From: Hypanus sabinus
Taxonomy: Eukaryota
Assembly (NCBI RefSeq): GCF_030144855.1
Contig: NC_082718.1
Span: 92,194,001-92,258,000, forward strand
Direction: 5' to 3'
DNA: 64,000 nucleotides
How positions within the stretch are numbered: position 1 is the stretch's first letter; each line of letters opens with the position of its first letter. Both the position numbers and the translations under genes were made by a program. The notes under the pieces were generated by a model. That model saw nothing but the letters and a program-made list of their open reading frames with translations, was not told where the DNA came from and did no database searches. Below, in pieces: positions 1 to 11,743 of this stretch.

Positions 1-21
1 TGAGCAAAAACTTGCTGATAT
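1..21 (-). CDS. ZCCHC8: ZCCHC8 exon 7, partial (KYQQVFAH...), runs off the window
   Basis: AG acceptor at 22-23 preceded by a TTCCTGAC U12-like branch point; frame continues from exon 6. Confidence 0.85.
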
Positions 22-877
22 CTTTGCAATTCAGTCAGGAATTATTCACTTCCAGAAAAATGTACTTTAAATGAACTTACTTATAGTTATTAAATTACAG
101 GGTATTTTAAAACTGAACAGGAAGTCAATTAGTTATATAAAAGGTATGGACAGACTGAAATAACTGCACTACTGCCCTAATCTGGTAATTTTCTGTGAAA
201 AATAAAAATGGCTCTATACATCTGGATTGACGGCTGCCTCATTTGCTTGCTCACAATTTTACTTCTCCACTTCAATCTGTAATATTCTTATTGTAGAACA
301 TTAATGTTGCAAAACACAAGAAAATTTTAACTAAACAATCAATCTCAACCTGATATAATTTTAAATTTTGAAAAGAATTAATATAATTATATGAAGTTCA
401 CTTCAATTCTGTTTCATGTACCTAGTCAGAAGATCAGGAACGTAGTTAAATATCTGAAATTTCCATCTTCAAATTACAGCTATAGTTGCTTTGTAAATCT
501 AACTTCCAAATGTGAGAAACATTATACTACGTTATCTTGATGCTGTTCCTCTCCGCGCCTTCTGGCGTATCAGGTGGCCACCTTGCCATTTCTTTAACAT
601 TTGTCTGTTTTTTGTGAGGCTGAGTTGCTAGCTCATTGTTCCACCCAGCATGGATGGAAAGCATGCCAGCCAGATTCGAACCAGGGACCACTCAAAGTCC
701 GGTGCTGATGCCACTACACCACTGGCCAGAGCAAGTTATCATACATTACTTATATATTCTGTATGTCTAGTAATATATTATTTGGTTATGTTTAAAAATC
801 AATTCAGAAGATAATGTTCAAATAGGCATTGAACAAGTCAAATTATATAAAAGCTTTTCATTTAACATTTAGGATAC
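22..877 (-). other. U12-type GT-AG intron (ZCCHC8 intron 6)
   Basis: Donor GTATCCTA; branch point TTCCTGAC about 12 nt upstream of the AG; no polypyrimidine tract. Confidence 0.8.
540..730 (-). mobile_element. tRNA-derived SINE
   Basis: Minus-strand A box GGTGTAGTGG and B box GGTTCGAATC. Confidence 0.65.
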
Positions 878-981
878 TTGGGTACTTCCCATCCATTTGT
901 CAGCTGTGGATTCTCATTTAACAACGGCTGCCCAAGTTTGTCAAGGCAAAAGCTGGTGAAGTACTGAACACTTCCCACAAC
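878..981 (-). CDS. ZCCHC8: ZCCHC8 exon 6 (VVGSVQYFTSFCLDKLGQPLLNENPQLTNGWEVP)
   Basis: 104 nt; conserved FCLDKLGQPLLNENPQL segment; followed by the U12-type donor GTATCCTA. Confidence 0.95.
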
Positions 982-1289
982 CTACGTGAAAACAAAGATT
1001 TATAAAAGTTTCATATACTTACGTGCATTGTGTATGTAACATCACAAAAAAAAGTTGTTGAAAAGTAATAAAGTTGCCATGGCAATACTTGGTATATTAA
1101 TACTATTATTCTACAAAGGCATTCAGAAAACCTGCAGACACCAAATTAGATCTGATGTTAACAAAGACATCGCTCTTCTCTTATAATTCACTAAATTTTA
1201 GAACTCGAATTCCTCTTGCAAAAAGGACACCTATATAACTCCAAGTTGCTCTGGGGGTCTCTGAGCGGCTGCAGAAAATTCTTGAGGGG

Positions 1290-2835
1290 GAGACTGAATG
1301 ACATAAGTAGAACAAGAGATGAGGACCTGCATAATGAATTAAGGGAATTAGGTAATAAATTAAAACACAGGAACTCAAGGGTAGTGATCTCTGAATTACT
1401 TCCACTGCTACATGCTAGTGAGAGCAGGAGTAGAAAGATAGGCTAGATAAGTGCATGGCCAAGGAGCTGGTACAGGGTACAAGGATTCAGGTTCTTGGTC
1501 ATTGGGAATTCCTCTGGGGTAGAGGTGACCTGTAAAAAAAAAGGGACAGGTTGCACTTGAAAAAGGCGAACCAATATCCTTGATGGGAAATTTGCTTTTA
1601 CCTCAAAGGAAGGTTTAAGAGAGTAAAGTCAGTGAGAAGACAGGCACATGCATCAGTGAAAGAACGCAAGCCTAACAATCAAAATAGCAATGTTTACAGT
1701 AAAAGGGCAGATAGGACCACTGCTTCAAATTGTATCTATTTCAATGCCAATAGCCTAATGAACTGAGAATGGACTGCCTTTCCGGTCAAGATGGCTTCAG
1801 CCTGCAATGCTCCCTCAGTCGAAACCTTACAATCAGATAGCTCATGATAACAGCTTTCTTACTTCCTTTTATGTCTGTTTCTCACCTTAAATGTGTTTCT
1901 GGGACTGTTAGAGCTTGTGATTTACAGCCTAGAGATCATTTGAGTGATCCAGCACTTTGCTGGCTCCAAGAAGATTCCGTGAAGCAAGCACATACATGGA
2001 CTGCTTCGATGCAAAGAAACTACGAGACAGGGTGCAAGCCGATGTCTGACTCTGTTTCATTTTTCAAACTGTCCATTAATCGCTGTTTAAAGTGTCAAGG
2101 AAGGCTGGGACATCAAGGCAAATGCAGAAGGCGAGCGAGCATTTCAGCACCCACTGCCTGCCTCTTGATTGCTGCCAGAAAAAGAGTCTGTGAGCGGCCT
2201 TTTGCTGTGTGGCTTCCTGCGGCAGGCGGATAGGTCTCTCTGCCTTATGTGGTGTCCCTCTCTTTCGATGAACATCGGAGATATCGGAGGATGGTATTGT
2301 AGTTCTGTGTTTGTGGATTAGACTATTTCATTTATGGACTCTGGTCATTTTCAGAGTTATGATTTTTATACTCTTTGTTTTTTTACTGCCTGTCCCTTTC
2401 CGTTTTCCATGCGAGGGGAGGGTGTTTGGGGTTGATGTTCTGTTAGTTTTTTGTATGGAGGAAGGATTGTTTTATGGAGCATCAATGTTCCTGTTCTGTT
2501 TTGTGCAGGGGAGGGTGGTTTGGGAAGCTGATCATCAGAATGCTGATTACAGGGATGGGTGGGTTTGATGTTTCTCTCTTGAATTACTTGCATGTTCTTT
2601 CTTTGTTTCGTGGCTATCTGGAGAAATACAAATTTCAGAGTTGTATATGGATACATGCTTTGATTATAATAAATAAACCAATGAACCTTTAGGGACTGGG
2701 ATATAACAGAAATGTAGCCGAGAGAAGGGCAGGACCAGCAGTTCAATGTCCTGGGATACCAATGCTTTAGGTGTGACAGAGGAACAGGTAACAGTGAAAG
2801 GGGTGTTGCCTTTTTGAAAAGGAAGAACATATAAG
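1290..2835 (+). mobile_element. CR1 fragment (ORF1 esterase region and start of ORF2) with a nested insertion at about 1777-2692
   Basis: RELGNKLKHRNSRVVISELLP (CR1 ORF1 SGNH-like); CIYFNA endonuclease start; sequence resumes after 2692. Confidence 0.75.
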
Positions 2836-3360
2836 TGAGTGGTAAAATCTGTTGGGAGTTATGGTAGTACAAGGAGAATAAAACTGGATTTGTGTAAACT
2901 GGTGCAAATGTTTCTAACTTAAAAGAACCACGATAAGATCTACATTTAAATAACATGCAAGTTGCAGGTCCAGATTTTGCAGAGATATGTTTCACTATCT
3001 TTTATACCGTAAGAAATGCCGAAGAATTTCCTCCATTATTATGGAAATAATAGGAACAGCTTTATAATCATCTTACCACCTCCGGGATAGTTACAAATCC
3101 TATCATCTGACCAAACTCAATTCTGTCTTCATTAATATCAGTTTACATTTGCTAATGAAAAGCAGGTGCTGGAACTAAACAATTTGACCCAATATATGTA
3201 ACTAAGAAGTACGGTTGCTAATTTCAACATAGCTACTTTAGACAACATCAGATAAGTCAAGACACACCAATGATCAAAATTGAGTTTTCCAATGTAAATG
3301 ACTCAGAAAGCATGACTTAAGTTCTGAATAAAGCAGATAAAATTTGGATTTGCCACTTAC

Positions 3361-3438
3361 ATGAAATGCCTCTTTTATTTTCTTTCCTGTATTTAAACTT
3401 TGTACTTTCAGTTGCTCTTCTAACAGCATACTTGATGG
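3361..3438 (-). CDS. ZCCHC8: ZCCHC8 exon 5 (PSSMLLEEQ...KEAFH)
   Basis: 78 nt, TTACAG acceptor and GTAAGT donor, phase 0-0. Confidence 0.9.
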
Positions 3439-3526
3439 CTGTAAAGAAATAAATTCTTCTATACATATTTCAAGAAAAAACAATTAAGAAATCCTGTCCT
3501 ATCTCAAATTATTTCAGTATATTTAC

Positions 3527-3632
3527 CTGGGGCTTCACATTAAATGATGTTTTTTCAGGATCACTTTTCATTTCTTTTTCATACTTTTCTACCAAACCTG
3601 TGATGAAGTCTTCAATTTCTTGATGGAACTGC
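3527..3632 (-). CDS. ZCCHC8: ZCCHC8 exon 4 (QFHQEIEDFITGLVEKYEKEMKSDPEKTSFNVKPQ)
   Basis: 106 nt, AG/GT flanks, phase-consistent with neighbours. Confidence 0.92.
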
Positions 3633-3741
3633 CTAAAATTAAAGTGGGGGACATATCAGACCAGCTGGTATCAAAATGGAAATGCTGTAACAGAAAGCAA
3701 GAAGAAAATCTTGAAGCTTTGATGCTTAATTGCAAACTTAC

Positions 3742-3816
3742 TTTGAAATATTGTTATTCATAAATAAGATCTGAACCATTGGGCCATCTGTTTTGGAGTC
3801 GTTCACAACTATTTTA
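3742..3816 (-). CDS. ZCCHC8: ZCCHC8 exon 3 (KIVVNDSKTDGPMVQILFMNNNISK)
   Basis: 75 nt, AG/GTAAGT flanks; DGPxxQILFMNN motif of ZCCHC8. Confidence 0.93.
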
Positions 3817-4212
3817 CTGCCACAGATGAGAAAAGTTAGAAGTATGATGAAATCTTTTAAAACTTGGAAAATAAGTAATCTTTTACAAAAATACAATATG
3901 TAAACATTTTTTACATTAGTCACATAAATCATTAAACTTAATTTATTCTGTGTAACACATTACTTTGCACAAATATGGCAATGAAAAAGGTTAAGATTAA
4001 AAAACTAAAATCTTTGAATAGCAAAGATAAATTTAGAATATAGAGCTGGCCAATTATTTATATAAAATTTAATTCATCTATGTAGATAGCATTGTCAGCA
4101 ATTGAAAAGATCTTTGTAATATGATAGATTACTAAAGAATTACAGAAAACATTATAAACACATTATCTAATATTACAAGCAAAATTTTAGGTGCACTCAA
4201 GATAAATTTTAC

Positions 4213-4255
4213 CTTGGATGGGTTATTAGGTTCAACTTCCTCTTAAGTTCCTGAT
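4213..4255 (-). CDS. ZCCHC8: ZCCHC8 exon 2 (NQELKRKLNLITHP)
   Basis: 43 nt with an AC acceptor preceded by the branch point TTTTCCTTAAG and a GT donor; frame continuous with exons 1 and 3. Confidence 0.92.
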
Positions 4256-5649
4256 GTTAATTGACTTAAGGAAAAGACTTAATACATAGGGAATGTGATT
4301 TCCATATTAAATTTTGTTTTCTCCACACTAAACTTGAATATCACAGAATAGCAGTACGTTAAAATTTACCCATAGCTAGTGGTTTGCTATTCAATGTGAC
4401 ACATATGTAATTGCTGTAATGTTCCATTTACTAAATAATAGTATAAATCTTTACTTTGTTAGTAGACCTCTTTTAAAACTTCTATCACCAGCAGTACACT
4501 GGCATTTAAACCAAAGCAGATTTGATGGGCCAAATAGATGCCTCAATGATTCAACTGTCCTCCCCAAAATTAATCACAAACATAGAAAAGTACAATTTAA
4601 ATTTGCAGCCAATATTTGCATTTACAATACATGTCAAACTGGTTTATAAACAAGTTCTGTTTTTACAGATATCTATTAGTCAGATTTGTCCACAAGTCAG
4701 AAAACACACAAAATCATTTTCTACGGTAACTGCATCTCCACAGTACAGTGTTGATAGTAAATAAATGTTGATATAAATTGGCTCTGTCTTCAAAAACATG
4801 TTACAATCATCCAGAATCTGAACGTCCCATACTCCTGCTAGTTTCAATGGGCTTGAACTATCAGTGCACAAATATCATTTGAAGCAATTAATTTCCAAAG
4901 CAACTCACGGGATTTCCTGTGGTTAAACCAGCAGCCTCTTCTTAAGAAACCATGGTGTCTGATCACTGCAGGGTAATTACATGTAAACAGGATTCTTTTC
5001 AAGACTGGTTCTTGTTTAATTTTAATGATACCTATACTCATTGTTAGTGAGGGTCCCATAACTACAGGAGGGCCTGTGACTCTTATCAGTGGAGAATATA
5101 AAATTCCCATAGAAACCAAGCAAAATAACCCTCACTGTTTTAAGACATAACTATTCATTCTCTATATAGCACCAATGCATGTGCTGATAAATTTTCATAC
5201 TTTAGTAAAGGGTGAGGGATTAACCCAAGGTTATTTCATACTCCTTTAGCCTAGCATCAATAACATGCCATGCCCACTACCAAGAAATCAAAATAATTCA
5301 GCACTTGCTGAACATGACTTCTAATCATTGTGAACTGTCAATAATGTACTGAACATTTAGAATTTAGTGGCCTAATAGTTAATGGAAAAATCATCCAGAG
5401 ATAAATCTGATTCTCACTGGGGTTGCCAATTAATTAAATCTGAATTTAAAATTCATATTAATCACAGAACTACTGAATTGTCCAAATTAAAAAAAAAACA
5501 TGTCTAGCTCACTGATGTTCTTCAGGGAACAAAACATGCTGTCCTCACCCAGGTCTAGATTGTAGGTGACTTCAGAGCCATCAGTGTGGTGTGGAAACTC
5601 TCTGTTCATGACTGGAGACTCTTGTGCATTATAACTCTGGGCCATACAA

Positions 5650-6255
5650 GACTGTAAGACATTAAGTGCATTTGGGCCATTGTGTCTGCTCCACCATTCT
5701 ACCATGGCTAATTTATTTCCCTTTCAATTCCACTCTCCTGCCTTCTTCACGTAAGCTTTGACTAACCAAGAACCTATCAACCTCTGCTTCAGTGACTTGG
5801 CCTCCACACAATTCTGTGGCAATGAATTCCACACATTCACCACCCTCTCTTTGGCTGAAGAAATTACTCCTCATCTCTGTTGTAAAGCGACATCCCTCTA
5901 TTTTGAGCCAGTGCCCTCTGGTCCAAGACACTCTGAATATTGGAAACATCTTTTCCACATCCACTCTACTGAGGCCTTTTAATTTTAAGGTTTCAATGAG
6001 ATCTCTCCCCATTCTTCTCAAAGCCAGTGAGTACAGGGCCCGAGCCATCACTTTCTATTCATCTGTTAACCCTTTCATTCTTGGGATAATTCTCGTAAAT
6101 CTCCTCTGGACCCGCTCCACTGCCAGCACATTCTTTCTTCGACGTGGGCCCAAAACTACACACAATACTTCAAAAATGCGTTCTGACCAATGGCTTATAA
6201 AGCCTCAACATTACATCCTTCCTTTTATATTCTGTCCTCTTGAAATGAATGCTAT
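5650..6255 (-). mobile_element. CR1 3' fragment
   Basis: LYSL..RRMGRDLIET..TRGH..RSNFFSQR, C-terminal CR1 ORF2 motifs. Confidence 0.85.
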
Positions 6256-6309
6256 CAGACTGACATCTTCTTATCCTGTACCCAAATTATCTGTTTTTTA
6301 AATATTCAG

Positions 6310-6530
6310 GTACAATGGAGTAGGTCCTTCTGGCTCTCTGAGCCACACTCCCCAGCAACCCCCCCCCCCCCCCCCGGAGTTAATGCTAACCTAATCTCAG
6401 CACAATTTACAGTAACCAATTAACCTACCAACCTGAACATCTTTGGATTGTGGAAGGAAACCGGAGCACAGGAAACCCACGTGGATACGGGGAGGACGTA
6501 CAAACCCCTACAGGCAGTGGTAGGAATGTC
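6310..6530 (-). mobile_element. SINE (V-SINE-like core); related copies at about 47720-47935 (-) and 51290-51550 (+)
   Basis: Shared CAATTTACA.T.ACCAATTAACC...CTTTGGATTGT.G..GGAAAC.GGA segment in three places. Confidence 0.7.
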
Positions 6531-7959
6531 CAACGTCACTCAAAAATTTCTTCTTGTTATTTACAAGTATCACTTGAGGAATACACACTGAATGCTGCAG
6601 GAACTCAGCAGGTTGAGCAACATCTATAGAGGGAAAAAGGGCAATCTGGACTCAGTGAAGAATCATGACCAGAAACAACAATTGTCTATTTCTCTCCATA
6701 TATGCTGCACAACTTGCTGAGCTCTTTTGGCATTTTGTACATTGCTCCAGATTTGCAGACTCATGTGCCATCATTTGACAGAAGCGCATTGGTTTCCATA
6801 TGTAGAAGACCTGTGATCAACTTCACCCTTCAAACACCTCCAATCTCTCCTAATTGCCAAGACAGGTGACTTGTCATACACCATTGAATAAAGAATCTAA
6901 ATTTATTTCTACATTACTTAAAAGTAAAACTATCACCACTGACTCCAAATTCAATCTCCATTCCCTAGCCTTCAATTTCTGGTTCAGTATATCTACAATC
7001 CTGATGTCATATCTGACCCAGAGAATCTCCAAATCGCATATTCATGCCACCACAAAGACCGCTTAGCTACATTTGCTTTATATCACTAAACGTCACAGAA
7101 GGCTTGGTTAGGCTACTACAGAACCCAAATTTCTGCCTGTGATGCCACGAGACTTTTTTTTATTTCATGCAAATTCATTTCATTTAAAATCGATTGTTTT
7201 GTAATTCATTTCAAATTCTTTTCATCCACCATTCAGTTAGTATCACTTACATTTCAAAATGATTTTTAAATCTCCTCCCTCCCCATAGTCTAACCCCTCA
7301 ATCATTGCCAAGCCTTGCTACCTTGTAGACGTCAGTCTTTCTCCAATTCTACAATTCTCACCATTTAACTGGCAAGTTCCCTTGCTTTGGAAATCCTAAT
7401 GTAATCTCTCACACTCAATGCCTGCTAAATAATCTACCTCTTTGACCGAGGTTTAGGTTATCTGCATCTCAAGTTTTCTTTGAGAACATCCCTTAAAAAA
7501 GTCTGGGGAGATTCTACCCTACTAAAGATGCCGTACAAGTTTAAATTATCTCTAATCACTCGCACTGACGCCACATTTGCAATGTAACAGCAAAACAACA
7601 ATGAAACAAACTCCACCACAATTGTTAGAAAGTCTGGGGTAAAGTATTTCCAGTCTTACATTCTATGGATTAGCATTAGGTAGGTGCATCAAATGTTATT
7701 TAAGAAACCAAGTATATCAATTCTGCAGTTTTAATAAGGAGTCTTTAAATTATAATATTTCAACAAAATGTCCCACGGAATTTATAACTATTGTCTGAAT
7801 GGATACATCCATTGTCACGGATGTACTTACTCGTAAAATGGACTGTTTGCCTCACTGGATAAACTAACACAACAGCCACACTGTACGGGCGAGGACAAAA
7901 AAAAAACGAAAGTGTAACAGTCGGATACCCGAGAAAATTAAAGCTGCACACATGAGACG

Positions 7960-8950
7960 CACTGTAGGCCTGCGTTCTGGGCCTATCCGGTGAAGCCGAA
8001 CAAGGAAACGAAACTATAATCAAAATGTTAGAGGCCAATTATGACAATCGAACAGGGCGACTACAAAAGGGCAAGAGCGACGAGGAAACGAGTGGCTGCG
8101 GTGAGAGAATGCCGTTAAACGGCCACTGTGCACCGTCTGCTTTGCGCGGCTTCTCCAACACGAGCCAATCGCTCCTCAGGCGCCCCGTTTGATTTTGCGA
8201 AAAGCATTTCCCTTAAACAGTAGGATATTCTCCGCCTTCAGGTAGTCCACACTTTCCTCGCATTCTTGAAGCTTCTTCCTCATACCCGCCACATCCTCCA
8301 CGTCCTCAAAACTGTTGAAATGAATGTGCGAAGGTTTTGAATCCTCAAACTCCTCGAACAATTTACGGTCCCCGAAATCTAGTTCCATCCTCTCAGCAGC
8401 CATCTTGTCACCAGGCTGCGTGACGTTGCCCGCCCTGTCAAAGGGCGAAGTTCAGGGTTCACGCGATTGTGCCCTGGACAAACGACACCGGAGATCCGGA
8501 GTTCCGGCTGGAGTGTCGGGGTTTTACAGTATACGATGTCCTTCTGCAGCGCTAAAGCTGTTTTGTGAACTTCTGGAGGCATATGCAGATGGACGGTTGT
8601 ATATCTGTCGCCATTCTGAAGTAAATGATCGAGACGAATCCATTGAAGTTTACAACCAAACGGCGAATGGGACTTCGTTGCAAATGCTGATGGAGTTCTC
8701 AACCGGGAAGGCATCAGCCGCTGATTTAGTTGTTGCGCTTTAGGTGATTTTATTTTCTTACTGAATAGAAACGGTGGCCCTTCCGTTCTGAGATCCTTTC
8801 ATAGAAAGTCCGACGTTCGAACATGGTTTCTGTTGAACGAGCCCCTGTTTGCTTTCCAGAGTGGAATGTGGGTGTCAGGAAATTTAGATTTGTTTTCCTG
8901 AGCTCGTCCAATTCGGTTACGTTGTGCCAGAACTTTGAGGCGGAGGTTAG
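7960..8950. promoter_or_regulatory. CpG island / putative bidirectional promoter (ZCCHC8 and the uncharacterised gene)
   Basis: Local CpG enrichment in AT-rich flanks; YY1-type GCCATCTT overlapping the ZCCHC8 ATG; TGACGT; candidate plus-strand donor TAG|GTGATT at 8743/8744. Confidence 0.7.
8229..8403 (-). CDS. ZCCHC8: ZCCHC8 (NEXT complex scaffold) coding exon 1
   Basis: MAAERMELDFGDRKLFEEFE...LQECEESVDYLKAE resembles the recalled human N-terminus (MAAEVYFGDLELFEPF...LRQCEETIEQLRAE). 175 nt, phase 1, followed by the U12-type donor ATATCCTA. Confidence 0.93.
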
Positions 8951-9178
8951 TATTTCAAGTAATATTATTATATTTATACCAGGTGGAAGTTCTTAAGCTA
9001 AAATGTATTTTTCTAACCAGTGTAAGATATAATTTGTAACATTTAGACATTAATTAATAATTATTTATCACTGGCTTATATGAATAAAGTACAGACAAAA
9101 TTGAAATACAGTACCCTGTATATGGATTTCAGAATATATTTTGCAATGGATAAATTAGGGCGGAAGGACCTTCTAGAC

Positions 9179-11405
9179 CGGGGGTCGGCAACCTGCGGCT
9201 CCCGAGCCATTTGTGGCTCTTTCACCTCTGTGCTGCGGCTCCCTGTGGCTTTGGGAAATAATTGGTCAGTATTTAATTAAAATGTATTTTATGTTAGTTT
9301 GTTAGCTTTTGAAATGTAATTCTAAATTTGAAGATTATGGTGATCTTGTACAATCTAAGTGTGGCGACACAATTCCTCACAATTAGCCAGCATTCCGGCT
9401 AAGGGAGATAGCCTACGGGGGTTTGTGAGTACGCGTCTTTTGCAGCATCTGCGTCCATGGGGGCTGGGTTGAGGGAGGCTTAAAAGCAAGGCTGTTTAGT
9501 TCGAATAAAGTTATTCGACTGCAGTTTACTGACTGCGTGAGCACACCGCTACAACGTGTTTTTATCGCTATTAATATACGTCACCACTGCCAATACCTGA
9601 CACCCGCCAGTGCGCGATTTCTTTAATTTTTCGATCCAAGGTAAGCCAACTATGGAGAATTCTAAAAAAAGAAAAGTGACTGAAGAAAACAGAACGTTTA
9701 ATGATACGTGGACAGATTCATTTGCTTTCACTGTTGACGAGACTGGTTTACCGGTATGCTTAATATGCAATGAGAAACTAGCAAACAACAAAAAGTCAAA
9801 TGTCGCAAGGCATTTCCAGAATAAACACGCAGCCTTTGCTCAAAAATATCCGGATGGAGATGAGAGAAAAAAAGCCGTTTCGGAACTGATGCGGAAGGTT
9901 GATCTGAGCAAAAATCATTTCCAGAAATGGATGAAGTCTGGAAAATCAACGACATACACCAGTTATATTGCCGCTCAGGAAATAGTCAGGCACGGGAAGC
10001 AGTTTACAGATGGTGAATATATAAAAGAATCTTTCATTAAGATTTCAGAACATCTATTCACGGACTTTAAAAACAAGAGTGAAATTGTGCAGAAAATCAG
10101 GGATATGCCCCTCTCTGCAAAGACTGTCAAAGACAGAACCATAAAAATGGCAGAAGACATCACAAGACAGCAAATTAAAGACATCAATTCAGCTGTGGCC
10201 TACTCGATTGCCTGTGACGAGTCTAAAGACAAAGGTGATATTGAACAAATAGCGTTGTTCTGCCGGTATGTAAACTCTGCCGGGCCACAGGAAGAACTGA
10301 TTGAGTTGATACCTCTAAAAGACCAAACACGGGGGGAGGACATCTGTGAGGCTGTCTTGAATTGTTTAAGAGCCAAAGGAATAAAGACCACCCATCTGGT
10401 GTCAGTAGCTACTGATGGGGCACCTGCTGCACAACAAAGTCCAGTGGCTGTACAAAGGGGAGGTGCTGAAACGCTTTGTCGCGTGTCTGGAAGAAGTGAA
10501 AACTTTCCTGGGCAGCAAAGGGCTCAACTTTCCTGAGCTGGAACAGCCAGAATGGCTGGAAAAGCTACACTTCATGGTAGACATGACAGCGCACCTGAAC
10601 ACGCTGAACACAGCTCTTCAACGGGGTAAGGACGTACAGCCCTGCACATGTTGGAGGATGTTTTGGCATTCGAGTGCAAGTTGACATTGCTTGCCAGAGA
10701 TTTACAGAAAGGCACATTGTCTCACTTCCCCAATTTGAGAGAGTTCAAACAAGGTCACGACATGATAAATTCGGAGTATTTACATTCTGCAATCATCGCA
10801 ATGCAAACATCGTTTGGGAAACGCTTCTGTGAGTTCAGAGAGGAAAAAAACACATTATCCTTCCCGGTCACTCCCCTAAGCATCGATCCATCCCTACTAA
10901 ATACAACTGCATTGTCAGGTGTGAGTCAACCTGAACAAGTATGATAAATATTTTAATTGCCTATTATTTTACGTATATTCATATGTTTTCATTGTTCAGT
11001 GAAATAGTCCTTTTATTTTTCAGGTTGACAGCTGGCTGACGTTATTTTTGGTTTGCTGCTGGCGGCAAATTTAAGTTTGGCGTTTTTCATAAATACAAGA
11101 AGGACTCAAATAGACGTTGAGTATTTTACTTAAAAGTAACCTTCAACCCAACGTCTTTTTTTCGGAGTTCAAAATGTTTTTGTTGCATGCAGAAATGTAA
11201 TTTCATTTTCTCTGCAGGAGTTCATCAATTTCATAAATGCAACACATTATAGTTTGTTTATACATAGCATAAAGGCAAAACAAAACGTTGTATGCAGTGT
11301 TATTTCATTTTAAATGTCAAGCGGGTTTTACGGCTCCCAGTGTTTTCTTTTCTGTGGGAAACGGGTCCAAGTGGCTCTTTCAGTGGTAAAGGTTGCTGAC
11401 CCCTG
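9179..11405 (+). mobile_element. hAT (Charlie/GTF2IRD2-like) DNA transposon with an internally deleted transposase
   Basis: 16-bp TIRs (CGGGGGTCGGCAACCT / AGGTTGCTGACCCCTG); perfect 8-bp TSD TTCTAGAC at 9171-9178 and 11406-11413; ORF from ATG 9652 with zinc finger CLIC..RHFQNKH, SIACDES and ATDGAP motifs. Confidence 0.95.
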
Positions 11406-11543
11406 TTCTAGACCCTGAGATGTAACACCAGCAACACGTGAAAATTGTTACTTATGGAACAAATGAAAGGCAGGGTATAATGGAAAAAGACTCACCAACT
11501 GATTATCCAACCATTCTCTCGTTTTCAAAGATTCAGGAGCATA

Positions 11544-11570
11544 ATGGAGGATTTAAAAACCTTTCTTAAA
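11544..11570 (+). CDS. Uncharacterised gene, putative first coding exon (MEDLKTFLK)
   Basis: Acceptor TTTTCAAAG at 11530; ATG in strong Kozak context (ataATGG). The donor AAA|GTTTCA is weak, so this exon is tentative. Confidence 0.45.
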
Positions 11571-11694
11571 GTTTCAACTTCTATTATAATCATATATGTT
11601 CTCACCTTTAGCGTTCTGTTTATTTTTAATGAATTTAAAATGTTTATTTTTGTGTTCCTGTTCTGGTTATTTAAAGTCATCATCACTCTCACAG

Positions 11695-11743
11695 GTACTC
11701 AATGCCATAGAATGTTTTGCAATGTATACTAGAAAGCATGCTG
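11695..11743 (+). CDS. Uncharacterised gene exon (VLNAIECFAMYTRKHAG)
   Basis: CTCTCACAG acceptor; 49 nt; GC-type donor G|GCAAGT; phase 1 matches the next exon. Confidence 0.6.

Larger units (their letters stand above)
4256..8228 (-). other. U12-type AT-AC intron (ZCCHC8 intron 1)
   Basis: Starts ATATCCTA and ends TTTTCCTTAAGTCAATTAAC; splicing here restores the ...AENQELKRKLN frame. Confidence 0.9.

Noticed and set aside
640-730. tRNA gene
   Set aside because: A and B boxes are present but I see no complete cloverleaf, and it continues into a SINE body.
2311-2995. 209-aa minus-strand ORF and hydrophobic plus-strand ORFs
   Set aside because: They lie across a repeat and a CR1 junction, with low-complexity composition and no splice or motif support.
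9610-10944. Possible host gene GTF2IRD2/EPM2AIP1/ZBED
   Set aside because: Bounded by TIRs and a perfect TSD and broken by deletions, so it is a transposon copy rather than a domesticated gene.
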